Source of the DNA: Paramecium tetraurelia
Lineage: Eukaryota
Length of the DNA stretch: 57,885 nt
NCBI GenBank assembly: GCA_000165425.1
Contig: CT868660.1
Location: 682,001 to 739,885 of the forward strand
Reading direction: 5' to 3'
The position numbers were made by a program, and so were the translations under genes. The notes beneath the pieces were generated by a model that saw only the letters and a list, made by a program, of their open reading frames with translations, did no database searches and had not been told where the DNA came from. Below are positions 1 through 13,644 of the stretch, piece by piece (the first letter of the stretch is position 1; every line of letters begins with the position of its first letter).

Positions 1-998
1 GAATCAAATGATTGAGATCTAATTCTCAAGTTAAATACCTTTGGTGAGATGTTTACAGGATTAATGTTTTGAGAGATTGCCTCATTAGTTTTTAGAATAA
101 TACCCTAAATATAAGTAAATATTGATTAAGAGATTCATGCAACATGATGATTAAATTACTTGGTGTCCAGGTAAATTTTTAAGTAAGAACGATAGGATTG
201 AATTGTGAGAATGTTTTTAAGTGTTTGAATTTTTCGAATTCAATTAAATGTCCCTGTGGTATCAAATTTTGTTCTAAATGCAGAAATGAAAAACACCATC
301 CAATCCCATGTGATATTCTGAAAAAAGTCTTAGAATACCAACAATCAAATGATTATTGGGCAATTTTACATGCCTCAAAGTGTCCCTAATGTGGAAGACT
401 AATCTAACGTACAGAGGGTTGCTTTCATTTGAAATGTTTATGTGGATAACATTTCTGCTTTAAATGCTCAGGACCATGGGCAAAGGATCATGAGCAGAGT
501 TTTTATACATGCCCTTATATGAATACAAATAAGAATCCATCTAAATATGCCTTATAGTTGAAGGATGAACTGTAGAGTATCAATAACAATATTCGAAACA
601 TCGAATAGTCAGTAAAAACTTTGAAATAGTAAGTTAAAAAAGTCTTGTTAGATGATCTTTTAGAGTATTCAGAAAAGGCTATTTAACTTTTCAAAACATC
701 CAAATCGTAACATTTTATTGATTATATATTTAGATTTTTGTTTTATAAATTCCATTTAATGGAGAATAAGGATGTTTAAATGTGCGAATAAACATTCTAA
801 TGTTTTCAAGAGGAATTGAATAGTTGCTTAATAATTATTCAAAAGAAGGTCTTAGAAGTTCAAGACAATGAATCTTTAAAAGAGAGAACGATGCTTGAAT
901 ACATCAATTTCGAGGATTCAGAAAAGAAAGTCTTAAGAAATTTAAAAATCAAAAAATAACTTATAAAACAATATATAATTGAAACTTTAATTAAGTGA
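1..998 (+). CDS. Ariadne-like RBR (RING-IBR-RING) E3 ubiquitin ligase, 5' end outside window
   Basis: With TAR=Gln the frame reads ...ITWCPG|LNCENV..IKCPCGIKFCSKCRNEKHHPIPC (IBR), then KCPQCGRLIQRTEGCFHLKCLCGQHFCFKCSGPW (RING2 with catalytic Cys). Intron 171-195, possible intron 707-733, TGA 996-998. Confidence 0.9.
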
Positions 999-1153
999 TA
1001 ACAAAACAATTAAATTATATTTCAGAATAAATCATTTATAAAGATTACATAATTTTCGTTTTCAATCATAAATTATTTATAATTGATTTTCTAAATGAAT
1101 TGAACTACAATCACAATAATTTGTAAGTAACACATTAAATATACACATATAAA

Positions 1154-3574
1154 TCAATTTTAACAAGAATAATCCCAACCAAATACTTCATTGATCCTTT
1201 CGCCATCTTAGGGATAGTCATGATCAATCAATCTGGTTGATAATAATTACTTGTTTGCCTCTTTTCTTTTGAGTACTGGTGCTATGTATTCTTATTGTTT
1301 TAGTTTTAACCAATCGATTTCAGCAAAAATAATATGATTTTTAATTTGCTTGATGGATAATCTTTCATTTGGATTTTTAGTGATGATTTATTCCAAGAAA
1401 TTTTTGATAGATCCAGAAAAATGTTTTGGAATTCTGAGTTCTTCATTTTATATTCCATTTAATAGTACTCTAATGTTGTTGCTAAAATGTGGAGGATAAC
1501 CTGATAGCATTTCATACAACAAAAGACCCACTGTATAAATATCTGTACTTTATGTTACTCCATGGCCATTCAATAGCTCAGGGGATAAATAAGCAGGTGA
1601 ACCACAAAACGTATGAGTTACATTAAAGCCTTCTTTGGAAAGTCCGAAATCTATGAGTTTTATGTAATTATTTTTTGTAACCATCACATTTTCTGGCTTT
1701 AAATCTCTGTATATGAGATTTAAGGAGTGAAGATATTCTAATGCTAGTATAATTTAGGCTATAATGAAAACGGCTTAGGGTTCTTATAGAACTGTGCCCT
1801 TCGCCATATAATTTATGAGATCACCATTATCACAATATTCTAGAAGCATGTATAGATAGTGTTAAGTCTAATTAATATAATGTTAGATTCACTTGAAAAG
1901 AATGATGTAGTTTAACAACAAATGGGTGATTTAGATACTTCATTATGCTTAGTTCACTTTAAATGTACTTGACATCTTGTAAGACTTATTATTTCAATTA
2001 CTATTTAAGGGCATATATTTTGTTTTTATAGATAACCTAGTGTAGAATGGAATGAAATACTTTAAAGACTTATCCGAAAGCGCCTTTGCCAAGATGTGAG
2101 AGTACTTGGACATCTTTAATTTTGATGGAACTTCTAGTGTAATTGTAGATCTGATGCTAACTTAAAATAGATTTTTCATATTGATTCATTTAGATGCTTT
2201 GTTTTTCAACATCAAATATTTCAATTTCTTGATTTTATTTTTCCATCATGACTTAAAGAATGGTTTTTTTTTATTTTTCTTATTCATATTAATTCAATTT
2301 TTGATTGGTGTATCTACAATACCCAATTGAATTTTTGATGGATTCCAGCCACTATCGAGCAGCATTTTTGGTTTGAAATGCAATATGCAAATGCTTGTTA
2401 AAGTACTGTATTTCTAGATAGAATAGCTTTTTGTCTTGGAACCAAAGATCCTTTGATAACTTGATTTCATTGATAAACTCCAAGGGAATTAACTCTCAAA
2501 AAATAGTAATAAAATACTTGGGATTAAAAGGGTATTAGATGGATGTCTTATATCTTGCAATGGCTCCTGAGTCTGGATCGCAAATAAGGTAGTTATCAAT
2601 TAGAAGTAATTTGAAATAGGAAACTACTTTTGCACTTCCTTTAATAATGGGAGGTTTTTGTGGTCGATTAGTGAAGAAGGAGTTGAGTGAATAGAATGTG
2701 CAAATGGATTACCTAAAGGAATTGATGATGTCAAATTGTTTGTTTCTTAGAATGAGGAGTTCCTTTTGGAGGATTTTCTTAGTTCTTTCTCCTGCCACAT
2801 CGACAACAGACTTGCCTTGGAATGTTATTGAGATGTCTATTTTGGGGTGTTTCAATAACAACTCTATAAGTTCTTGATCATCGATTTAGGCAGCAATATG
2901 TAGAGCAGTTCCTTTGGTGGTTATCTGATTGACGTTGATTGAGTTGGAACCTATGATGAGGTTTGCCACTAGGCTAGGTAGATTTGAATAATTTACTTTT
3001 GATGTTTGATTACCAAATGGCTATTTATAAGCAATTCCACCCATCTTTGGAGAGAATAGAGATGTCACCTCCAGAACTGATTAACCATAAGTACATCTTG
3101 TCATCTCCTAAAAAGGTGACTAGATGGAGTGCATTCCATCCTGTCAATTCAATTCCATTTATCAATTAGGCTCGATCATTTCTGTCTTCCAAAAAGAGTT
3201 CCAGGTCACTCAGAAGAGACATTCTGATTAGTTAGAACATGGTCTCTTGTTCAGGAGTGGAATTAGCTGAAGTATCAAGAAATTGCGAGGGATCGAATTA
3301 CGATGAAAATGAAGAAGCCATATCGGAGAAGGGATCTGTGGTTTTTTATGCGAATATGGCAGAGCCTTATTAAATCTAATAATCACATATGTAAAGGTTT
3401 AATTCATCAAGAACAATCTTCTTAATCTAAAATGTTACTTTCTCATTGGTTTATATCAAAATCAATTTCAGTTGGTTTTAATCAATTCCTGTCAAATTTG
3501 AAACTTAATCATACAACTCGGATATTTTATATTTCGACGAGATTTTGAGTTGCTCGACATTCAAAATTCCCCAT
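1154..3574 (-). CDS. Ankyrin-repeat + PH-like domain + AGC-family Ser/Thr kinase
   Basis: Ankyrin motifs [25 protein letters not shown]-like segment ending AARQWLESIK. Kinase motifs [35 protein letters not shown]. Stop TGA at 1154-1156. Exact start codon uncertain (3560 or 3574, depending on a 5' intron). Confidence 0.88.
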
Positions 3575-3686
3575 TCATTATAATATCTAATTATGATTTT
3601 CATAATATAAATAATATATAATTATTTCTTACACAAATGAACTCCAGATATACTCTTATTATCAAATTAATTATACACATTAATTT

Positions 3687-5445
3687 TCACATTAGTTTTT
3701 GCTGCAATTCAATATCGTAAGGTTCAGATGAGTCTGACCATCCTTCTGGCTTCATTTTTCTTTCAAAATATTATCTGTTTTTCTTGAGTGCATCTCTCCC
3801 CTCAAAGATCAGTCTGTCCGAAAATGTATTGTTGAAAATGAACTGCTTCATCCCAATCAACTAGAGAGTCTTGTCGAACAAATCAAAGTAATTAATCAAA
3901 CACAACACAATCAATAGACAAGGCATCAAAGCTGTGATGCTTATCCCGAATATTGGCAACAACTCAATCTAAATAGTTAAATTATTCAATTCATACATTC
4001 CCCATCGCATATCTAAAGGCAGTCTCCTACTTCAACTTAATCATATTCAAGAAGTTCTAGCATAACGGTGCTCCCACTCTACTAAAGTTGATGGTGGCAA
4101 ACATGAGACTCGGAGCATCTGTCTAATGATCCCCGTAGAGTCCATAAAATCCCTGGATTCTTATTTTGAATAGACCATAATAAACACAGAATGCTATGTA
4201 CAACAGAGGAATAAAAGAATAAAAGGAAATGCTCAATAATCCATCGACGTATCTGAGAGGCAAACCGAATATCGTAAATTATGTACCCATAAAGATGGTC
4301 ACTTCAGATATCAACACCAAAATGGACAAGATCCCAAAGATCAAAGATATAATTATCTTAAACTGCGGTTTGATAACACAAAGCCATTGCCATTCCAGCA
4401 AATCCAATTGCTAAGCCAAAGAACCTTCTCTTGGCTTCTTAAAAGAAAAATGAACTTTCTTATCCTAACTATTCATAGCCTTTATGATATCCTCCATTTC
4501 ATAAGCAGATTTGCAGTTCTCCTTCCATTGCGCTTTGATTCTCTTGTATTCCAACGAGTTCTTTCTTATCTCCTAATAGAGATTCATCATCTCCTCCACA
4601 GATTCAGGTCCCTTATTTTTAAAGAAAGCCCCAGTTATGGTTATGAGGAGTTGAGACTTTCTCTTCTCCTCCTCCTTCTTTAAGATCTTGTGCATGTTCC
4701 TTGGGATCTTATTTAAGCATTTGTTGAGGTAATACATCATATCATCGTTCTCGAATCGTTGATCCTTTATTTGAAACACTTTCATCGATGTTTCCAACAA
4801 CTTATGATGAGCATCATCCTTCTCCCCATTTATGCTTGCAGTCCTGAAATAAAGATATTTCAGCTGTACATCCAATTGAGATGTCCTCATTTACGCCTTT
4901 GGGATTATAACCAATCCGTAACCCAACAATACTATGATCAGAGCCACTCCAAATGAATTTGCCATGCTCTTCAAAAATGAACCCAAACCACACTGTTGGG
5001 CCTATCCAGTATAGAAAATTGCTAGAACAAAAACCAAACCCACTACAGAAATTACTATATAGAATCTCATGTTGTTTTTCAGAGCCTTCTTGATTTTATC
5101 TTTCTTATCTAACTCAACTGATTCCTCGTATTCCTGCATTATGGGAATGACAGTCCAACACAATATGAAATTCGTCCAATAGAGAATTTGATAAGTCTAA
5201 CTTATTATTAATGTCATTACTTCAGCCAAATTCAGGTAATCATTCGAAATATTTCCAACGCCTTAATCTCTATATGTAATGTATATGTCAAAGGGTAAAA
5301 ATAGTAGCAGCAAAAAATTAATTAACCATGAAACCAGTGCCATCCCTTTTACATATATATTCACATCCTTGCTACAATAACTTTGAATCAAATAGCCAAT
5401 TAAGCCAGTTACTATCAGGATTTCAAATATAAGTAATAAATACAT
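3687..5445 (-). CDS. LMBR1-family (LMBRD2-like) multi-pass membrane protein
   Basis: Hydrophobic N-terminus MYLLLIFEIL..LLLFLPFDIY, YWTNFILCWTVIPIMQEYEES, VLLGYGLVIIPK, GLYGDHQTDAPSLMFATINFSRVGAPLCQNFL, MGN(V)ELLPIFG. TGA at 3687-3689. Confidence 0.88.
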
Positions 5446-6099
5446 TAATTTATATGCGCAATGATTAAAATATTTTAAGTCATTCTATGCCCAATACTGA
5501 TAAATAGAAAATCAATTATATTATAGATAAATTTGTTCACGGAGCATTTTTTTTGATTCGAAATCACAAATCTATTAATGCTGCATTTATAAATTAAGGA
5601 AAGAGAATATTTGTAAAACTGATATGCTTGCATTCTCAAATCCTACAATGGAGGTTTATAAATTTAGAAGTAATACCAATTTATATGCAAACTTACTTTG
5701 AAAAAAAAGTTAATAATTTTCCATACTCTACCATGCTAACATAATCTTTTTATTAATAGTTAATTAAATGCCAAAATTAATTAATCTCATGCTAATATAT
5801 TATTGATATCAGCCTAATCTGGTACTAAATTCTACTATATATATAAAATTATAAATGGCTTAATAATTATTATTTTGGATTTAATTGGGAATCCAATTTA
5901 TTCCAAAAATAATATGTGTAGGTTTATTCACATAACTCTTATTGTATGTTAGCATGGATATAAGAATTGAATAACAAGTGAATATTAATATGAAAAAATT
6001 ACAGGAAATTAAAACTACATTCAAATGCAATAATGAATTATTAATTTCTTTAGTAACCAATTAGTTTTTATAATAAATATAAAGGATAAAAATATCATT

Positions 6100-8957
6100 A
6101 TGTTTGGGTCTAATACATCAAGATTTAGATATCTCAGAGATTGAAATACCTTAAGGTAAAGCTTATTATCTGTTAAATCATGAAGATTAAGAGATTATTC
6201 TAAAAAGTTGATATCACAGGGAATCGACTGAGAGAGCTAAACTATTTTCAAGAAACATAATTTTGATCTACAAAATTAATTAATGCTTAGATACTTTAAG
6301 TAATTTAGTAAATTAAATACAAATAGTAATTATTTTAGGGACTTCAATAATAAAACAATAGAGTGTTGGAGGAGTTGAAACAAAATTAGCAATTTTAACG
6401 TTGCAATGCAATAGATAGAATTAGAAAGTGAATTTAATCCTAATTTGATACAATATGAATGTGTTATTATTAAATGTTCAATTATAGTTAATATGAGGAG
6501 GAAATTAATCATCCTCAATATCGTACCAGAGTGAGATATCAGTAAGTATTGATGCTAACAAAAGGGACAAAGAGGTCAAAAGAAATCTGAATGGATAACT
6601 TGATGTGACATGTTTTTTAATGGCTGTAGAAATTTAGCGTCTGATTGCTGAAAACACAGAACTGAAAATTACTATCAAGCAGCAATCTGATAGTGGATTA
6701 GATAGAATTAATTATGAGATGTAAATAAGAGATCTAATGGAGAAGCTACAATAATTACAGCAGTATATAATGTTATAAAGAATAGAGACAATTATAAAAT
6801 AGGCAGTGATAATGAGAGGCTGAGAAAACTCATAAGAGACTATGAAGTTTAATTATAACGATACGAAACTTAGTTACGTGACTATGATCCAAATTGGAAA
6901 AAAGAATTAGAACAATAAAAAAAACAGCTAGTATAATTGTAAAAAAAGATAGGCGATGATGATGTTGGTAACTTATATTATTACTAATAAAAGATGATTT
7001 GAGGTCTCAATTAAGCAAATTGAAAAAGAAGCTAGGGGATTATGAAAAACAGTTTAATGGCAAGACTCCAGAAGAATTATAAAGAATTTTAGATGACTTA
7101 CAAAGAAAGGCCAAATAATTAGAGGATATATAAAATAAGATTGGAGGAATGGATCCTGACACCTTAGCCAAAAAACTGAAGGAATTAGAGAAGTTGTAAA
7201 AGTCATTTGGAGGAAGTCCAGAAGATTTATTAAAAGTAAAATACATAAAAATTATTTTTAGGAATTAGAAAGATTGAAAAAAAAGGCAAAAGATGCTGAT
7301 GATCTCAAAAAAGAATTAGATAGATAGCTAAGAGAGAATGATAAATAGAAAACTGATTTAGATGTACTTGATGATTTAAGAGTAATATAAAATATTAAAT
7401 TAGAAAAACGCATAAAATTTGTAAATGGAAAATAGGCAATTAAATTAATAATTGAATGATATGAAAAATAAATTAAGGGATGCAGATCAATTAAGATTAG
7501 AAATTGAATAATACAAAGAGTTATTAAAGAAGAAGGATTAAGAATTAGCATATCTTAAAAATTAATTATCCGATTCATAACGATAATTATAAGATACTCA
7601 AAGACAATTGTAGGATTAATTAAGATAATTGGGAGATTTTTAGTAGAGAATTAGATCGGCAGAACAAGATAAATTAAGATTACAGTCAGAGTTAAACAAT
7701 TGTCTAGATGAATTAGATTCAGCAGATGGGCAAAAGGAAGCTGCATCTCAGTTAAAAGATGAAAATGATAAATTAAATTAAGAGGTAGATTAATTAAATG
7801 ATGATAAAAACAGATTATCAAATGAAAATGAAGAACTAAGAAATCGATTAAGTGATTTAATGAGATAATTATAAGATAAAGATAATAAATTAAAGGATTT
7901 GCAATAAGATATAAACAAAAAGAATTCAGAATTGAAGGATTTAGGTAATAAATTAAAGGAAGCTAATGATAAAATTGAGTGGATTAAAAATGAATTCGGT
8001 TTGACGGATGATGACTTAGACCCTAAAAAAAGAAAACTGAATGCCAAAAATATTAAGGAAAATATTCTTTTCTCTAATATCTAACCATCTAATTTATTAT
8101 TGAATCTTCTACTATAATCGGCTGAAATTGAAAGATTAGGAATAATAGTTGATAAATATTATAGTGAAAATGATTCATTATAGATTTAAGTGAAGACTTA
8201 CAAATAAAAGTATGAACAAATTAGTCAATAATTGTAGCAATAACTTATTTTGTAATCTTAAATGACTCAAGGTAATGAAATCGAGAAATTAAAGGAATAT
8301 TATGAAAATAAAATAGTAATGTTGACAATGGAAGTAAGTAGATTAAAAAAATAATAAACTTATAGTTCATATTAATCAATACCTGTGACTCATAATTTAT
8401 AACCTAGACCAAATAGTTAAAATTTTGGTGATATTTCAGAAACTCCTTAAATTCAACCTAAAAGAGAAGAAGATTTATTGAGTTTAATTGTATTAATGGG
8501 AGTAGAAATATAACATCTGAGAGATCAGAATAGTACATTACTTTTGTAAAAAAATGATAAAGATTTGATCAAAGGATTATTAACAACGAGTGGGCATGAA
8601 AGTCAAACAAAAAAATAAATCAAAACGCAACTTAATGAATATACAAATAATTATGAAAATAATTCTTAAAGGGATTCATATAAAGGATTGACCAGAAATT
8701 CATTCTAGGATTTCTAGAATAGCTATTCTTAAATCAACACTTCAAGCTAGTAGCGAGTAAAAACTACAAATGACTCAAGGCAGAATGATGCTTTCAATTT
8801 AGACAGAATTGCATCATAATAAGTTGGCAATGGTTCTTAATAATCTTATCAATATTAAGCTTAAATTCCCTATAAATATGATCATAGTTCGTCATTAAGT
8901 GGAAGTGGAAGCTTTTTAAAAGTTGGTAAATTTGAATAATCTAAATATGTAAATTGA
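6100..8957 (+). CDS. Long coiled-coil, probably cytoskeletal/cortical protein; 5' part appears disrupted
   Basis: Open frame with small introns from about 6535 to TGA 8955-8957. Heptad-rich in E/K/L/Q with repeated 'L(M)xxE(I/V)xRL' motifs. Upstream 6100-6540 has similar coding-like pieces in shifting frames. Confidence 0.65.
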
Positions 8958-8962
8958 AATAA

Positions 8963-9946
8963 TCAAATTTTATTTGATTTAAGAATTTTGAATAAAATAA
9001 AAATTATTATTATATGTAATCTCTTTATAAACCTATAGAATTCTTAATCAATTTCTTTAAATCTTATTGATCGAGATGGAAAATTATTTATTACCCTTAG
9101 ATGCTATTGTGAAAGATGAGAATTGATTTTGAAAAGAATCAAAAATAATTTTGATGATATTCTTTACCCTAACTCAATTATAATTAAAAAAAGGATATCT
9201 AAAGTTTAGTTTAAAAAAACTAAAATTATCTTCCCTAAATGTGAATTTTTAATAATAATACTTATAAAGTTATAACCATTAAAGAGAACAAAAAGTAAAA
9301 ATTAAATAATAGAAAAACAACTGGCTTTTTGTATTTGATTTAAAATATCATTAAATTAGATTTATAATCATAGTGGAATAATTTATTTAAGTACATAAAT
9401 ATCTTTATGGATATATATATCCCAATAGGATAATTCTTACTTATTATTAAAATCAACTTCTTCAAATAATCTTATAATTAGAAAAACAATATACTTATTT
9501 ATTAAATTACTCTTTTCCTTGTATTTTTTAAGTAAGTCTTCTTTCCTAATAGTTTAATTGACTTAATGTTCATCAAACCATTACTTTAATTGACTTTACT
9601 CGAATCCAAATTTGTCTCCCAGAATTTTACCAGCTCTATTATATTCAATCCAGTCATCTTATTACAATAATTCAAACATTTCATTTTTTTCTGCACTCAA
9701 AAATTTGATTTAATCAAACTAAAAGTAAGTTAACCTTTTTCTATAAGGATTAGGAAATATTTGTTAAAATAATGTTTCAGAAGTAATTTATTATTTTTCA
9801 ATGTTATCCCACAAATCTGGACAAGTTAATTTTTATCTAAAGTTTTTCGGGGAAATAGCTTTTCGAGGGGATTTTATTGTATTTTCTTTATTTTGTCTTT
9901 TTTAAATCGTAGTAGTGGCATTTATCTTCAAATTTGTTTTTTTCAT
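8963..9946 (-). CDS. Hypothetical protein
   Basis: ATG at 9946 (MKKTNLKINATTTIQKRQNKENTIKSPRKAISPKNF..), open across small introns. 3' end not resolved precisely. Confidence 0.55.
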
Positions 9947-10088
9947 AACGATTAGATTAAAATAAATATATTTCTAGTTTAATAAAATTGATGCTTGTTT
10001 TTTTAAAGAGCATAATAAACAGAATTTGAATAAATGTTTAAAGCAATAGAATTTGTTATTAAATATCAATTTTAATATTATTATTTAG

Positions 10089-11097
10089 ATGGATAATGAA
10101 ATATATGAAGCAATATTCAAAGATAAGGTAGAACTTAGAAAAGAAAAAGGCAAGAAATTCATTAACGAATATGAATTGAAGGAAGATCTGGGAGAAGGAT
10201 CATTTGGAAAAGTGAAGAGAGTAACTAGATACTATAAGGAGACAGAAGAATCTGCGGAACAAAACAAAAGCGATTATGCAATGAAAATATTTCACAAGAC
10301 AGTCTTATCTCATCAAAGAACTTGTTTTTATGAGAGTAATTCAAATGATCCAAAAATGACCAATTTATTGGAGTTTGCTGATAATGAGATCAATATTCAT
10401 AAATATCTCAATCATCCAAATATTTGCAAATTGTATGAGGTAATAGATGACGAAGACGATCCATAACAGAAAATCTATCTAATTATGTAATTGGGTGACT
10501 TGGGATGTATTATGAACTTCTGTGAGATCACATTCAAATATATTCGAAATTAGGCTATTCTTGATTACCTGAAGATGAACTACATGCAAGCAGCCAAATT
10601 ATTATTCAAATAGCTAGCTTAAGCAATATAGTATCTCCATGAACACAATATAGTTAATAGAGATATCAAAATAGATAACATTATATGCACTACTTTATAT
10701 CCTTTAAATGAGTGCTGTAAACTAATCGATTTCTCAACCTCAAGAATAGCTGAGAAGGATAGCATATTCTATGATTGTGCTGGCACTCCAGGCTTTAGAG
10801 CACCTGAAGTGTAATTCTGTTTAAATGATGGTTATTCTCCATTTAAACTTGATGTTTGGTCATTTGGTATCTGTTTGTATGTCTATATTCATGAAAAAGT
10901 ATTCATATTATCCATATAATTAGCTACCATTTTGGGGTGAGGGAGACTTAGAAACAGATTTATTAGCTAGAGATCAACCATTATAATTCGAAATTTAGGA
11001 TGATTTACTAATCAATCTAATCAATAGTTGTTGTGCAAAAAAACCATAGGATAGACCAACAATATAAGAAATTTTAGATCATGAATGGTTTAAATGA
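10089..11097 (+). CDS. CaMKK-like Ser/Thr protein kinase
   Basis: LGEGSFGKVK, YAMKIF, LNHPNICKLYEVIDD..QKIYLIM, NRDIKIDN, DFS, CAGTPGFRAPE, PFKLDVWSFG. Intron 10899-10923, TGA 11095-11097. Confidence 0.9.
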
Positions 11098-11112
11098 AAA
11101 TTTATTTTTATT

Positions 11113-11915
11113 ATGAATTTATAGTTAAATATATAGCAAGAAGTTGCTAGATTTGCAGATATCAATCATATCTATGAAACAGTATAAAAGAAAGGATACT
11201 TGAGTCAGATTTCTAAAGAATTTGAGGATATTTTTATGAAAGAAATCAATTTTGCATAACAAAGTAAATGTAATATGAATCTGAAGGATTGAGGGAAGTG
11301 ATTAGTGTAATGGAAAAATAAGGATAAAAGATTGAATACAATTTGTAACTATCGAGAAATCTGCAAATATTTAAATCTAACTTTGATGTAATAGTTACAG
11401 CTACCATGAATTAAATATGGAATAGACTCTTGATTGAATTAAATGTTTTAGGTTAGGATCAACAGTCATAGATCTTTAATATAGATACATCTCAAACTGT
11501 TAAAAGAGTAAACGATCTAACAAAATAATCTGTTTCTGATTTTAAAAAATTTGCATCCAATCAATCCATATGCAGCAGATCACCAAGCAAAATGTCATCC
11601 AAGGTCATCCCATTAAGTGAAATGTCATATTAGTCGAATGGATCACCCACAACATTCCCTAAAGCTAGAAGACAATTGGACAATAGTCTAACTACAAGTT
11701 CTCCAGGAGTAGGAAAGTATAAACTAGATTAGAGTTTGAAATGTAATAACCAATATTATTAATATTTAGTGATAAGAGAGACTTCACCTAATGCAACAAT
11801 AGGAAAAGCCCCAAAGATAAGTTGGATAGATGAAAAAATCAAAAATGAAGATTCCTAATCCCCTGGCCCCATTTATGATCCTGTAAAAACCTTTTGTTCT
11901 AAAAAAATTAAATGA
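11113..11915 (+). CDS. Protein with C-terminal PGP (STPG/ODF3/SHIPPO-like) repeats, possibly ciliary
   Basis: Open frame with two small introns. C-terminal TFPKARR..SSPGVGKY and ATIGKAPK..SPGPIYDP motifs. TGA 11913-11915. Confidence 0.65.
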
Positions 11916-12395
11916 TAATATCTATCATTAACAATATTCGGTTTATATTGATAAATTTTCGTAAGGCTCGCTTTATTTATTATCAATTAAAAAGGGTCAA
12001 TATCAAAGACTTTTTAATCTTAATGACTCTTCATTAGTCTGAAATTATTAAGGTATCTTTAAACACATTGATTATCAATCTTAATTGAAAATGGAGCCTA
12101 TGTTATTTAAAATTCCTTAATCTTTCTTAATAGAAATACGTCCTGTTTGATATACATTATTTAATTTCTTTTTTCATTAACCCATGCAACTTTAGAAACT
12201 CACTTTGTACATCAATACTCTTAGTAGCTTTACATGTAAATCCTATTGTAATTTTTAGTTATTTGGATAATATAAATTAAACATATTATTTGCTACAATG
12301 TGCAAAATTCTTTAGGTATGCATCCCTATTGGTTTGTCAAATTTATTTTATATTTTATTCTAAGTACTATATAAATATAATTTTAACGTAATTTA

Positions 12396-13127
12396 ATGAA
12401 AACTCTTGTTCTTTAATACCCAAAACAAAAAACCATGTATAATCCTAGCAAACCTGCTGTTAAGATTGATACAAATGATCAATTCTTATAATCACATGAT
12501 TAAAACATTCCTAATTACAAAAGCTTAAATGTTGTGGATAGACTCTATTAATAAGAAGAAAAAAAGAGAGACAAAATCTAAAGATTATAAGAAGAAAAGG
12601 AAAGATCATTGACTCCAAATAAATTCTGCTTTATAAACAAAAAGTCTTAATAAATACTTGATACTAAGAATTTAAAGCCCTTTTTGGAAAGACAAAATGA
12701 ATTGATTTAAGAAAAAAAAATGAAAGCAGAATTACAAAAGATTTTGGCAACTCAAGAATAAGAAGAATTTGAATCTTAGAAAATGGTGCCATCAAGATCA
12801 CATTCTTAATTCATTAAGGATTCCTAAGATTGGGTCTAATATAAAGAATTTAAGAAATAATAATTAGCAGATGAAATTCAGAACTAAAATGAATAACCAT
12901 TTAGGCCATTAATTAATCCAAAATCCGCTGAAATAGCTGATAAAAGAATGAAAAAAAGTGGACTCCACTTAATTGATTAAGCTGATCGATTAGCTATGCC
13001 AATTAGGCAAAGTTTTACTTTTTAAAAAGAAAATTATAATTTTTAACCTTGCATCAATTCAAAATCCAGATAGTTAGCTGATAAATATAAGTATCAAAGA
13101 AGCTAATCACCTTGGAATTAGTATTGA
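12396..13127 (+). CDS. Hypothetical coiled-coil protein with repeated 'FxPxINxxS' motifs
   Basis: Intronless 244-codon frame: VVDRLY, FCFINKKS, PFRPLINPKS, NFQPCINSKS. TGA 13125-13127. Confidence 0.75.
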
Positions 13128-13644
13128 AGTTTATACTGTGAGTTAATATTCTATTTTTATAATTAATTCTAAATTATGATGCTCATCTATTTTTGTTTAA
13201 TAAATAATGAATAATTCAAATAAAGTGCATGAACTTTGAGATTTATGCAAGCTCAAACAATTCACTCTCCCATTTTAAATAAGTATCTAAATATTAATTG
13301 GCTAATTTCTCTTTGTAAATTTATAAGATTTATAATTTTACAAATCTACTTTATTCTCTTTATAAGATATTAAATTTCTTTTCAAAACAAATAGTTTTAA
13401 TTGACAATAGTTTAATTTTAAATGAGAGAAGCATAGTTAATTAAAAGATTTATTTTTTAGTAAGAAAATTAATAAAATTCCAGAATTAGATTATTTAGAT
13501 ATACTTGTTAGATTTGCAACTGTTTGCTTTATGTTAGACAGATGACAATTAAAATAATTAATAATTTTGAACCAATTTAGAATGCAATTCAAAAACGAAA
13601 AATTGAAGTGATTATGATCAATTTAAATAAATTTTATTTATTAT

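Noticed and set aside
11930..12330. Possible small minus-strand gene
   Set aside because: Frames are interrupted by TGA and no consistent intron model was found.
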